Of a stretch of 64,000 nucleotides of DNA, positions 38,727 through 51,783 are shown one piece after another (position 1 is the first letter of the stretch; each line of letters starts with the position of its first letter). The notes beneath the pieces are model-generated. The model saw nothing but the letters and a program-made list of their open reading frames with translations, was not told the origin of the DNA and searched no databases. The stretch spans positions 90,441,122 through 90,505,121 of the forward strand of contig NC_068989.1 of the NCBI RefSeq assembly GCF_001194135.2, in the 5' to 3' direction. Position numbers and translations under genes: made by a program. Origin of the DNA: Octopus bimaculoides (taxonomy: Eukaryota).

Positions 38727-39125
38727 ATAGCTTGCTTACCAACCGCATGGTTCTGGGTTCAGTTCCACTGTGTGGCACCTTGGGCAAGTGTCTTCTACTA
38801 TAGCCTCAGGCCTACCAAAGCCTTGTGAGTGGATTTGGTAGACAGAAACTGAAAGAAGCCTGTCATATATATATATGTATGTGTGTGTGTGTGTGTGCGT
38901 GTGTGTATTTGTGTGTCTGTTGGTCCCCCCCCCCCACATCACTTGACAACTGATGTTGGTGTGTTTACATCCCCGCAACTTAGCAGTTCGGTAAAAAAGA
39001 GATTGATAGAATAAGTACTAGGCTAACAAAGAATATGTCCTAGGGTCTATTTGTTCGACGTAAGGTGGTGCCCCAGCATGGCTGCAGTCAAATGACAAAC
39101 AAATACAAGAATAAAAGAAAGGAAT
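38727..39125 (+). mobile_element. SINE family B composite
   Basis: Head/core, (ta)(tg)n linker and tail ending ccagcatggctgcagtcaaatgac. Confidence 0.8.
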
Positions 39126-39705
39126 TATAAAAGATGCTACCAATTTTGATTTGGTTTGATAATCTTGCTTCCTTCAGAATTGTTGCATCCTGACTAGCAC
39201 CTGCGCTGGTGCCACCTAAAGAGCATCCATGTTGGTTCCATGCATAAAACACTCGTGCTGGTGCTACATGAAAAATACCCAGTGCACTCTGTAAATGGCT
39301 GGCATTGGGAAGGGCATCCAGCTATAGAAACCTTGTCAAAACAGGCAGTTGGAGCCTGGTGCAGCTCTCTGGCTTGCCAGCTTCTGTCAAACCATCCAAC
39401 CCATGCCAGCATGGAAAATGGATATTAAATGACGAAGGTGATGAAAACACTTTATTTTATATTTTCATTTTATTATATTTTTGAAGTAAAAGAAACACTG
39501 TTTTGTCTTAGGTACTTACTTAAAATGAATTGTTTTCTGCATTGGTAATGTGTTTGAAGCCAAACCTTGGGAAACCTTAGCCCTAAATGGGTTCACTGCT
39601 GAGTGCTGCAAGGCAGGAATGAGAGTTAGTGCTGCGAAGACTGAGACATTGGTCCTTTCAAGAAACTCTACCCAGTGCAGTCAGCATGAGACAAGCTGAG
39701 AAATC

Positions 39706-40933
39706 TTAACCATTTCAATACCAACCTGGCTGAAACCAATTCTGGCTCTGAGTACAAATGTCTTGTTTTCATAAGTTCTGAATTAAAATCTTCCACCAAC
39801 GTTTAGTCACAATTTATGTTCCTAACACCAGTTTAATGATCATCATCATCATCATCATCATCGTTTAACGTCTGCTTTCCATGCTAGCATGGGTTGGACG
39901 ATTTGACTGAGGACTGGTGAAACCGGATGGCAACATCAGGCTCCAGTCTGATTTGGCAGAGTTTCTACAGCTGGATGCCCTTCCTAACGCCAACCACTCA
40001 GAGAGTGTAGTGGGTGCTTTTACGTGTCACCCGCACGAAAACGGCCACGCTCGAAATGGTGTCTTTTATGTGCNNNNNNNNNNNNNNNNNNNNNNNNNNN
40101 NNNNNNNNNNNNNNNNNNNNNNNNNNNNNNNNNNNNNNNNNNNNNNNNNNNNNNNNNNNNNNNNNNNNNNNNNNNNNNNNNNNNNNNNNNNNNNNNNNNN
40201 NNNNNNNNNNNNNNNNNNNNNNNNNNNNNNNNNNNNNNNNNNNNNNNNNNNNNNNNNNNNNNNNNNNNNNNNNNNNNNNNNNNNNNNNNNNNNNNNNNNN
40301 NNNNNNNNNNNNNNNNNNNNNNNNNNNNNNNNNNNNNNNNNNNNNNNNNNNNNNNNNNNNNNNNNNNNNNNNNNNNNNNNNNNNNNNNNNNNNNNNNNNN
40401 NNNNNNNNNNNNNNNNNNNNNNNNNNNNNNNNNNNNNNNNNNNNNNNNNNNNNNNNNNNNNNNNNNNNNNNNNNNNNNNNNNNNNNNNNNNNNNNNNNNN
40501 NNNNNNNNNNNNNNNATACTTACTCTGACGGGTATTCACATTGACATTACACATCCAACGGAGCATACTGGCTTCATTCCTTGCGAGCTTACGTATGTCC
40601 TCAGCAGTTACAGCCCATGTTTCACTGCCATGTAGCATGGTTGTTCGTACGCATGCGTCATACAGTCTGCCTTTTACTCTGAGTGAGAGTCCCTTTGTCG
40701 CCAGCAGGGGTAAGAGCTCTCTAAACTTTGCCCAGGCTATTCTTATTCTAGCAGCTACACTTTCAGCGCACCCACCCCCACTACTAACTTGGTCGCCCAG
40801 ATAGCGGAAGCTATCGACTACCTCTAGTTTTTCACCCTTAACGGAGTTATTTTACTAAATTCTTTGTTATATTTAAAATTAATTGGAAGAAACACAGAGC
40901 ATCTCAACAGAAATGTGGTAACAAAAGGGTTAA
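39706..40933. mobile_element. piggyBac-like MITE split by an RTE insertion
   Basis: Termini ttaaccatttcaatacca and tggtaacaaaagggttaa (TTAA); MITE halves at 39706-39840 and ~40848-40933. Confidence 0.65.
39841..40830 (-). mobile_element. 5'-truncated RTE LINE spanning a gap
   Basis: Minus strand reads LGDQVSSGGGCAESVAARIRIAWAKFRELLPLL...MLHGSETWAVTAEDIRKL; the 3' UTR and (gat)n tail are at 39841-40073. Confidence 0.9.
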
Positions 40934-41211
40934 CAAATGATTAATTTAAGCAAACTTCTCAACCACACAATTCTGCATGTGTCTGTAGTCATGCATATTT
41001 ACCATCCATCACACACACATACACACTGTCTGTCTGTCTCTCTATCACAAACTCACATTTGTATAGTTTCTTGCTCTAAATCTTTTCACAATGTTATTAG
41101 GAACAACTAGGATAGGCACCTGAACATCTCATTAAATGCATTTCCTGAAGTAAAAATAAATCAGTGATTGAGATGTGTTTATTTGTATGTGTGTGTATGT
41201 GAGTGTGTGTG

Positions 41212-41264
<53 letters not shown>

Positions 41265-41609
41265 ATATATATTTATGTTTATTTTTATGTTGTTCTAATA
41301 AAAACAATTTTACATTAATCTGGTGGGGTTATTCCATACCTTTGTAGAGTACAAGTCGATGTTTATATAAGAATATTGTTGACGATGACTTTGAAGTTTC
41401 GATCAGTTAAGCTATCATCAGACTGTAGCCCAGCAATGAGAATATATATATATATATATATATATCCCACCCTTTCCCTATTCTTTTCCTCTCCCCTTCA
41501 CCGTTCTCTCCCTCTCTCTCTCTCTCTCTCTCACTCTTCCTCCTTGACTCTCTCGTTGCTCACATGTGACCAACGGCTATCCATTTTTCTTTCTTCCTCT
41601 TCCTTCCTA

Positions 41610-41887
41610 AAGACAAGACAGGATTTGCAGTTGCTTTCGGACAATTCATGAAGCACCCATTTTCCAAGTTTAGGAATCTTTCCAAGTTGTTGAAGATGAT
41701 GATGAACAGTTGTATGGTTAGAACTAAGCTTTATTGCCAATTCTTCAACTGATAATGCAGGATTTTCTTCAAGTAATGCCTCAAGGAGCTTATCATCAAA
41801 CTCAACTGGACGTCCTGTTCGATCTTCATCTTCAAGGCTGAAATCTCCACTTCTGAATTTTGCAAACCTGAGACTATAGTCTCAGAT
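41610..41887 (-). mobile_element. Mariner transposase HTH-region fragment
   Basis: FRSGDFSLEDEDRTGRPVEFDD...HLQQLGKIPKLGKWVLHEL (WVPHEL motif). Confidence 0.9.
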
Positions 41888-42182
41888 NNNNNNNNNNNNN
41901 NNNNNNNNNNNNNNNNNNNNNNNNNNNNNNNNNNNNNNNNNNNNNNNNNNNNNNNNNNNNNNNNNNNNNNNNNNNNNNNNNNNNNNNNNNNNNNNNNNNN
42001 NNNNNNNNNNNNNNNNNNNNNNNNNNNNNNNNNNNNNNNNNNNNNNNNNNNNNNNNNNNNNNNNNNNNNNNNNNNNNNNNNNNNNNNNNNNNNNNNNNNN
42101 NNNNNNNNNNNNNNNNNNNNNNNNNNNNNNNNNNNNNNNNNNNNNNNNNNNNNNNNNNNNNNNNNNNNNNNNNNNNNNNNNN

Positions 42183-42560
42183 GCAATAAGCATCATTCAT
42201 GCGTGGGTCGTTGCCAGTGCCACTTGACTGGCTCCCCGTGCTGGTGGCATGTAAAAAGCACCAGCTGAACATGATTGATGCCAACCCTCCCTGCCCCGAC
42301 TGGCTCCTGTGCCAGTAGTATGTAAAAAACACCATCCAAATGTGGCTGATGCCAGTGCCGCCTGGCTGGCTCTTGTGCTGGTGGCACGCAATAAGCACCA
42401 TTCATGTGTGGCGTTAGGAAGGGCATCCAGCTGTAGAAACTCTGCCAAATCAGATTGGAGCCTGGTGCAGCCTCCTTGCTTGCCAGTCCCCAGTCAAACT
42501 GTTTAACCTATGCCAGCATGGAAAATGGACATTAAACGATGATGAGGATGATTATGTTAA
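42183..42560 (+). mobile_element. RTE 3' end with tandem UTR units
   Basis: ggcgttaggaagggcatccagctgtagaaac...ccagcatggaaaatggacattaaacgatgatg. Confidence 0.75.
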
Positions 42561-44019
42561 GGATACATGTATCTGAGATACTCAACCACTTCATGCACTA
42601 AGTTGTTGAACTGGTTGCTCAAACAATGGATTCTCATATGCCAAAATCTAGGGTGAGGGTCACTGGGTGTGTGTGTGTGTGTCTGTGCATGCGCATGCGG
42701 CACAGTTTTAGCTGTGCAGTGAACAAGCTTGCTCCTTCTTCATGAGGTTTTTTGTTCTCTAGTAGAAGACATTTGCCTAAGGTACTTACCGTGTGGCACC
42801 CTAGGCCAGCATCTTCTACTATAGACCTGGGCTGACCAAAGCCTTGTGAGTGGACTTGAAAGACGGAGACTTAAAGAAGCCTGTTGTATATATATATGTA
42901 ACGTCATCATTTAATGTCCATTTCCCCTGCTCGCTCGGGTTGGACAGTTTGATGGGAGCTGACAAGACTGGAAGCTGCACCAGGCTTCACTGCTGCCCTT
43001 TGTATACCCCCTCCTCTGCTCACTCACCCTGTCCATTCCTCTCCACCACTTCATTTATATTCACCCCACAACTGTACCACAAGAGTATGTCCCAACACAT
43101 CTCCACCACCATCCCTCTCTGTCTTGTTTCCAACAGGGGTAGCCATGTAATCTCCACAGTACAACCCCTATCTCTATTTCCTTATTATACGTTCTAACTC
43201 TCATCAACTGGCACAAAACCACCTCTTTCAATACTACTCCCCTTCGCAGTTGAAAGGTCATTGTCTTACAAGGTGACCCCACTGGTGCTTGTGCCATTTG
43301 TAAAGCATCCACTACGTTCTGTAAAGTGGTTGGTATTAAGAAGGGCTGTAGAAACCATGCCAAAGCAGATAACAGAGCCTAGTGTGGTCCTGTCGCTTTG
43401 CAGCTCCTGTCAAACCATCTAACCCATGCTAGCATGAAGAAACAAACGTTAAAGGATGAAGAAGATGATGATGATGGTGATGGTGGTGGTGATGATATAT
43501 ACACAGGAAAGTAACAGGTAACTCACCACTCATTCATTATGTACCTGTAAATATTTACTTTAGATCAATAGTACACATGTTGAAACAGAAACTGCCACAT
43601 GTGTTAATGTGTAAGACACTCCAACCAGTCCGCCCCCCCCCCCCTCCTTGCCTCATAACTTGTATGCCACTTGTTTCTTTCTCTTACCTCCCTTACCCCC
43701 CTTACCTCTCCTATTCAACTTCATTGATTCTGTGAAGCACTTTGTATTTACTACTCCCACCGCACCCCTCCTTATCAAACAAATACCTGTGTAGGTAGGA
43801 GTCCTCTAGCTTGTCTCTACCTGTCTGTCCTGTTACCTGTGCACACACACACACACGTGTGTGTGTGTATGTAGAGTACACACACACTTTCACTTTTATA
43901 TTCATTTTCACAGTCATACATTTGCACACGTTTCTGTTCAGAGGTGCAGGTGTGGCACTGTAATAAGAAGCTTGCTTCCCAAACACATGGTTCTGGGTTC
44001 AGTCCCACTGCATGGCACT

Positions 44020-44245
44020 CTCTCTCCCTCCCTTCCTCCCCTCTCTATCTTCCCTCTCTCCTTCCTCCCTCTCTCCTTCCTCCCTCTCTCACTCTCACTC
44101 TTCCACTTTCCCACTCTTCCTCTCTCCCACTCTTCCCATCTCTCTCTCCCTCTATCTCCCCTATCTCTCCCTATCTCTCCCTCCCTATCTCCCTATCTCC
44201 CTCTCCCCTCCCTCCTCTCCTCTTCCCTCTCCTCTTCCCCTCTTC
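44020..44245. repeat. Polypyrimidine (CT/CCT) low-complexity tract
   Basis: Almost exclusively C/T up to the gap. Confidence 0.9.
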
Positions 44246-45659
44246 NNNNNNNNNNNNNNNNNNNNNNNNNNNNNNNNNNNNNNNNNNNNNNNNNNNNNNN
44301 NNNNNNNNNNNNNNNNNNNNNNNNNNNNNNNNNNNNNNNNNNNNNNNNNNNNNNNNNNNNNNNNNNNNNNNNNNNNNNCTCTCTTACATGTGCGCGCGCG
44401 CGCATGTGTGTGTTAGTGTGGTTTTGTCTTGATATTGCTTGATTGTCAGATGTTTTCATGGCCAGAATGTTATTCTGTCTCTGAAAAACATGTTTAGAAA
44501 TAGGTAAGTGTTGGTGACAGGAAGAGCATCTGGATGTAGAAAATCCGCCATAACCCTTTAACACTTAAACTGGTCAGATCTGGCCCAAATGCTTCACCTA
44601 CTTTGTTTAATCCACTCAGATTTAGGACAGCCCTTTCCAGTTTGTCTTTGCTTTTTCTTTCTTTTCATTTTTTTTTATGAGGCAATGGGGTTTTATTTGA
44701 GACGTGGCTGCTATGTCTAGTAGGTTGAGCAGCCACATAGAGGCACTGGCAGGTAATGAGTATTAATTGTTCTGTTCTATGAATGCTTGATTAAGTATTA
44801 AAGATGGTTTTTCCCATTGTTTCTTGCTTCTCTCTCTCTCTCCTCATCCTCCCACTCTCCCTCTCTGATTTTCTCCTCCCCCTCTAACCATTGTTTTCTG
44901 TATTTCTCTCTTTATCCCTGTTATCTTAATCTTACAGTATCTGTCATTCTTTTCCCCCTCTCCCCCTCTCCCCCTTTAGTGTTGTACTCACCCTAACACT
45001 CTATCTCTCACTCATTCTTACTCCCACTTTCACTCTCTCTCTTGTTTTCTGCTGTTACATTCTCTCTGTTAGTCTTCTCCCCCTGCACCCTCTCTCTCTC
45101 CCTCTCTGGCATTCTACCAACCCTACCCCTCTTCTTCCCCTCTTTCACTCATTCTTACTGTCTCTATCACTCTTTCCCTCTCCCGCCTCCCTCTCTCCTG
45201 TTGCTCACACCCTCTCTCTCTATTGTCACCAATTCACTCTCACTACACCTCTCATTCTTTCTCTGCACCCCCCTTTCTTTCTCATACATCCCAATCCCTC
45301 TGACTTCCTTCTCTCTTTTACTATTGTCTCCGCTAATTACTTCTCCCCCCACCTCTTCCTAAATTTCTTCATCCTTCCCCACCTCCCTCACAACTATCAA
45401 TAGTTACGTTGCCATGGTTTCTTTTACATGTTTCACTTGTTGGGCTGCAGTTACTCTTGGGCAAAGCCTTTGAGGAATTTTAGTTCATCAAGACCTGTTG
45501 AGTCAAGTAACACCAAAATCGTAGCTGTGGCCAGTGCCCCCTGACTGGCTCTTGTGCCGGTGGCACATAAAATGCGCCATTTGAACATGGTCGATGCCAG
45601 TGTTCCCTGATTGGCTCCTGTGCTGGTGGCATGTAAAAGGCACCATCCAAACATGGTCA

Positions 45660-45882
45660 ATACCACAAGGGGCTAAATATAGAGGGGACAAACAAGGACA
45701 GACAAACGGATTAAGTCGATTACATCGACCCCAGTGCGTAACTGGTACTTATTTAATCGACCCCGAAAGGATGAAAGGCAAAGTCGACCTCGGCGGAAAT
45801 TGAACTCAGAACGTAGCGGCAGACGAAATACTGCTAAGCTTTTCTCGCCCAGCGTGCTAACAGTTCTGCCAGCTCACTGCCT
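45660..45882 (-). mobile_element. SINE family A, near full length
   Basis: Reverse complement of 62166-62395. Confidence 0.85.
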
Positions 45883-47135
45883 TCCTATCTATCTATGTCT
45901 ATGTCTGTCTGTCTGTCTATGATGTATGTATGTATCTATATCTACATCTCTGTATGTATGTATGTATCTATCTGTGTGTTTGTGTGTGTACCTAGACAAC
46001 AGCGTTTTGCACTGTTTCTGTCTACCAAATTTTACTCACAAGTAAGTTTTTGATTCAAGGTGCTGTGCAATGAAATAAATTTCTTAATCACACAGCCATG
46101 CTAGTGTGGAGAGTGGTTAATTGTTAATTTCTTTTGTGTTGTTAATCAGTTTATTTTGTTTTTCCAACCATTTATTGACAAACTGGCTTTCGAGAACAAT
46201 TTCCAATATTCTCATTCACTAAGACGTCCTTACACACTCACACACATTCAATCATACACATATGCACACTATTACACGTACACACACTGCCACACGCACA
46301 CACTATCACATCTGCACACTCATTCACTCACATACACTCATTCATTCTCTTTCTTCGTTATCTAGACTGCATGGTTGCTCTTTCATTTGTATACACACTT
46401 TTTAACACACCCATGCTCATGACAATCAAATATACAATGTCAAATGTACAAAAATGTACACACAGGTATGCGTGCACCTGCGCGCATGTGTGTGTGTCTG
46501 CTTGCTCTCACACTTGTACATACTTGCTCTCATACTCCTGTATCATTAACTCTTCAGCATTCACATTACTCTGTCAAACATAATACCTATTGAATCACAT
46601 TGTTTCGAATTAATCATGCCTTGCCTTGTAGCTTTCAGATTTTGGTGATGTGAATGCTTTATTTTTTACAACGACACTGTAGGATGGTGTAAGAGGCCTG
46701 ACCTAGTTAGGTTGCACGTAAAACAGGTAGAATATTTGGGCCTGATATGGCTGGTTTTAAATGCTAAAGGGTCTACTAATAAAAGAAATTTTTGGTAAAG
46801 TTTTGAACACCCTGTAGTATTATCTTTATTCAAAAGCAGTGAGTTGGTCGAATTAGTATTTAGCATCTGATCCTGGCTATTTACATGTGTTCAAATCCCA
46901 CTGGGATCAACTTTGCACCTCATCCCTCTGGAGGTTGATATAGTGACAATCACTTTCTGCATCAATTTATTCAACTAACCCCTTTTCTCCACGTTTCTGT
47001 CCGTGTGTCTATGTCTGTACAAAATTGTAAGTTGTCCTTGTAACGAAACCTCATCTAATTGCCCCTGTAGCTAACAAAAGAAACCACCACCACCACCACC
47101 ATCACCATCATTATTATTATTATTATTATTATTGA

Positions 47136-47545
47136 GCAGAAGCATGGACTCCCTAATACAGACATATAAAGAAACTTGAAACCTTCCATGTGTTGTTTGC
47201 GCAATATCTGCAACTTAAAATGGCAAGATAAGATTATCCAATGCTAAAATCTTAGCAAAATGTGTTATTGCCAGTATCCAAAGCATGCTGCTGAGAATTC
47301 AGTGCAAGTGGGTAGGAACATGTTGTTTGGATGAAAGATGACTGCATTCTGAAAATTCTTCTGTATGGCCAACGAGTGGAGGGATATTGCGGTAAAGGAA
47401 GACCTCTCCTTAGGTATAAAGGATAAAGTGAAGCAGTCACTAAAATCTCTGCAGCTTAACTTGAGATCTTGGGAAAGTCATTGCCGAGATCGATCTGCAT
47501 AACGTAAAATGTATCATGATGCATCCAAGCAATTTGAGTTGAAGA
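47136..47545 (+). mobile_element. RTE (BovB/RTE-1-like) RT C-terminal fragment
   Basis: AEAWT..HIKKLETFH..CLRNI..KWQDKI..W.GH..MKDD..LK.LLYG...GRPLLRYKD; a second RTE lineage distinct from 40518-40830. Confidence 0.8.
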
Positions 47546-48060
47546 AAAACAACAATAGAAAAACTATATTCTACAACCAACAGACACACTTGGCCCAATC
47601 CCTGGCAAAACTAAAATCATCAATGTCTCTCCATTGTGACTTCATGGCAAAAACCAATCCTGGACTCAAATTACATTCACGCATCCGTTGCAAATAGATG
47701 TAGTTTCTTCTATCTTTAAAAGCTGTTCTCTCTCTCTCTCTTTCTCTCTCCTCCTTTTTAACTCCTCCCCTTCTAACACATTCGTTGAAATCGACAGAAG
47801 TGACCGTCATTGTTGTTAAGATAATGAGATGACAGAACGAGTAGAAAAGCAGGGAAAATGCTTAGTGGTTGGCGTTAGGGAGGGCATCCAGCTGTAGAAA
47901 CCTTGCCAGATCAGATGGGAGCCTGGTGCAGCCTTCTGGCTTACTATTCCTCAGTCAAATCATCCAACCCATGCCAGCATGGAAAACGGACATTAAACAA
48001 TGATAACGATGATGATGATTTATTCAAAAGCAGTAAATTGGTAGAATCTTTAAAAGCTGT

Positions 48061-48130
<70 letters not shown>

Positions 48131-48715
48131 CTTGTTTTTAACTCCTCCTCTGCAAACGCGTGGAAATTGATGGAAGCGACAGTCGTTGTTGTTAAGATGA
48201 TGAGATGACAGAACGAGTAGAAAAGCAGGGAAAATGCTCGGTGACATTTCTTCCAGCTTTTATATGTTCTGAATGCAAATTCTGCCAGAGTCTGCTTTGC
48301 CTTTCATCCTTTCGGTGATGATAGAAGATTAAGTACCAGTTGAGCATTTAGGTCGATGTCACCGACTATCCACCTCCCTCAAAATTTCAGGCCTTGCGCC
48401 TCTAGTAGAAGGGATTATTATTATTACTATTATTATTATTATTATTAGGTAGTTGGTTAGAAGAATCACTAAGCATTCGACAAAATGCTTAGCAACATTT
48501 CTGCCAGTCTGCATGTTCTGAGCGCAAATGCTGCCAAGGTTGACTTGGCCTTTCAGGCTGAATAAAATAAGATACCAGCCGGGTGATGGGGGTTGATGTA
48601 ATCAATTTGCTTCATCCTCCTTCGATTTGCTAGCATTGTGCCAAAGTTAGAAAGAATTATTATTATTATTATTATTATTTAGTTTTTCTGTTTGGTTTGC
48701 AAAATTCGTGAACTC

Positions 48716-48767
<52 letters not shown>

Positions 48768-49445
48768 CATAATGATAATAATGGAATTTCTCTTGAGCAT
48801 CATTCCGCTCTAATGCTGATGGTATAGATTCTTTTCATGTTCTGATTGATACTGGAAATATTTTCACTAAGCGGACGTATAATGAGTTTAATATAGAAAC
48901 ACAATTTGTATGTATGAACTGACGGACAGAGATTGGGATGGTTTGATGGTTAAATAGATTGTGGGTCATTGTGTGTTTGGTTTTTCATTGGATGGACCAA
49001 ACCAAAAGCTTGTTTTAGAAATTTTGCAAGGCCCTCTCGTTCAGTGCATCTTGCTTCAAACTGATACAGTTTGTGCTCACATTACGAGGGGGAGGGAAGA
49101 AGAGAAAAACCAAACCAAACGGCCATTAAATGTATGGTGAGATACATATGTGTATATACATGAATGTATGTACATGTGTGTGTATGTGTGTATTGGAAAA
49201 AGACTTTTGGTATTATTGTATTATATATACATACACATATATGTGTGTGTGAACACGTATGTATATACATGTCTATGTGTGAGTGCTTATATATATATAT
49301 ACACATATATACAGACACATACACATGTCTGTGTGTGTCTTGGTATATGTGCACACGTATGTATGTCGGAACACATACTGATACACAGATATAGGCACAT
49401 ACATATTTGAAAGTATGTGTGTGAGTGTCTGTATGTGCATACACA

Positions 49446-49487
<42 letters not shown>

Positions 49488-51161
49488 GTGCATACATATA
49501 TATACACACATACACGTACGCACAAACATTTTCCATATGGGGAGATTCCTTTTTCTAGATTTTTATTGGAGAAATTTATTTCATGGTTGGATTCTCTCTT
49601 CTATTGATGACCATTGAACTATGAAGTAGAAATGGATTCTGTTTTTTGATTTTTTCATTCTCAGTTGGGAAAACTGGAGTGCAGAGAAAGAGAGAGAGAG
49701 AGAGAGAACGCTGTGAACTGTCTGCCTTGCCCAGAGGTATATGACACTGAATATGGTAGATTTGAACTTGTGGTCAGTGCTTAACACAAAGGCTAGCCAC
49801 TCTTTGGCCAGTTTTGGTCATGTGTTTCATGATAGGAGCAGCTGGTGATATCATTTCTGTTAACTTTGAAAGAAGAATGGTAAATGAAAAAAAAAAAAGA
49901 AAAAAAGGAAATAGTTGTGCTTGCATACAGGAATGTTCCCTGCTTCCTTCTTCAGCTGAGAGTTCCTAATCTTGTGGGCCCATGGGTGCCAGTGCCTTGT
50001 AAAAAGCACCTGTGCTGGTGCTACCTGTAAAAGGCACCCAGTCCACACTCTGTAAAGTGGTTGGCATTAAGAAGGCCATCCAACCATAGGAACCATGCTA
50101 AAACAGACACAAAACCCAGGCAGCTCTCCAGTTGACCAGCTCCTATCAACCAGTCCAACCCATGCCAGCATGGAAAAACAGACGTTAAATGATGATGAGG
50201 GTGTGTGTGTTACCACTTGCTTTGTCTGGTCATTGGGAAATACTACATTATGTAGAAATAGGTGTGGGTTAGCTACAGGAAGGGTGTCTGGTTGTAGAGA
50301 ATCCACCTCTACAAATTCCGTTTGGCCCATACGAGCATGAAAAGGGGGCTGTTAAAATAATGATGATAATGTGTCTGACGAAAAGAAAAAAGAGACCTGG
50401 TGGTGATGGGATTAAAATGTGAACTTGGTCAAGTTTGTAAGTAGCAGAGATGACCTTCTTCATGTGTTTTGTTTCAGTTATTGAACTCTGGCCATGCTGG
50501 ATCACTGCCTTCTTGGGTTGTCAGCGGTGACTGGTTGTCAAGCGGTGGTCACACACACACACACACATACACATGCTAGGCTTCTTTCCAAATCTACTTA
50601 CAAGGCTTTGGTTGGTTTGAGGCTATAGTAGAAGACACTTGCCCAAGGTGCCACGCAGTGGGACTGAACCCAGAACCCTATGGTTGGGAAACAAACTTCT
50701 TACCACACGGCCATGCTTGTGCCTTTATGTTTATATATACTTATGTATACACAGGAAGCAGCTTGTTTAGGGGCCAGGTGCTTAATTGCGTAGTATTGAC
50801 ATAGACAGATGTACACTAATATACAAGCATCGGAATAAATGTAAAAAAATAATTATTCTCTCACTTTATCTCTCTCTCTCTCTCACCCCCCTCACACATG
50901 AACACATGAACACACTCATAAAACTACATGTTCATGTCCAAACAAATGTATGTGCTCCGCTCATATACAGATACGCAGAGACGTGTGTGTATTTGTATTC
51001 TCACACACATTCATTCCTCGTTTGCAATTAAAATTTATCTCCTGACACAATAAGCCATTATTGAAATATGTTTCAAGTTATAGGTTTCCTTCCACATGTG
51101 GTTACCATTATTTCTTAATCAGGAAGGGATAAGATCGTCATCATCATCATCATCATCATTA

Positions 51162-51375
51162 TGAAGGCAACAAGCTGGCAGAATCGTTAGCACGCCAGGC
51201 GAAATGCTTAGCGGTATTTCGTCTGTCTTTACGTTCTGAGTTCAAATTCCGCCGAGGTCGACTTTGCCTTTCATCCTTTTGGAAGCAATAAATTAAATAC
51301 CAGTTGAACATTGTGGTCGATGGAATCAACTTGTCTCCTTCCAAAATTTCAGGGCTTGTGCCTATAGTAGAAAGG
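51162..51375 (+). mobile_element. SINE family A
   Basis: gctggcagaatcgttagcacgcc...gtcgactttgcctttcatcc; (att)n tail. Confidence 0.85.
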
Positions 51376-51408
51376 ATTATTATTATTATTATTATTATCA
51401 TTATTATT

Positions 51409-51747
51409 ATTACCTCTGCCTTAGTGAAGGCAGTGTTATTGTTTTCAGTTGAGTTTGTTTGTTGTTTGTCCGTGGACAAGAACCGCCGGATGGATTCGGA
51501 TGAAGCTTTCAGGGATGTTTGGCCTCGTGGCTGGCACAAATTTCTTATATTTTGGGATTCTGAATTATCGTTCCTGTTTTTTATTTACTTAATCTTTGAG
51601 AGCGGGCGGTTTCATTTCTGGTATTCTCGTTTGTGAGAGCCGTCGAGTTTATTTCGGATATCCTCATTTTAAAAATCATCTCTGGCTAATCATTGAAAGG
51701 ACGTTGGTGTTTCCTTGGTGGAAGTTTGCACTCTCTGAGTGCTCTTG

Positions 51748-51750
<3 letters not shown>
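51409..51750 (+). mobile_element. HINE-like element, second copy
   Basis: Homologous to 4332-4697. Confidence 0.65.
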
Positions 51751-51783
<33 letters not shown>

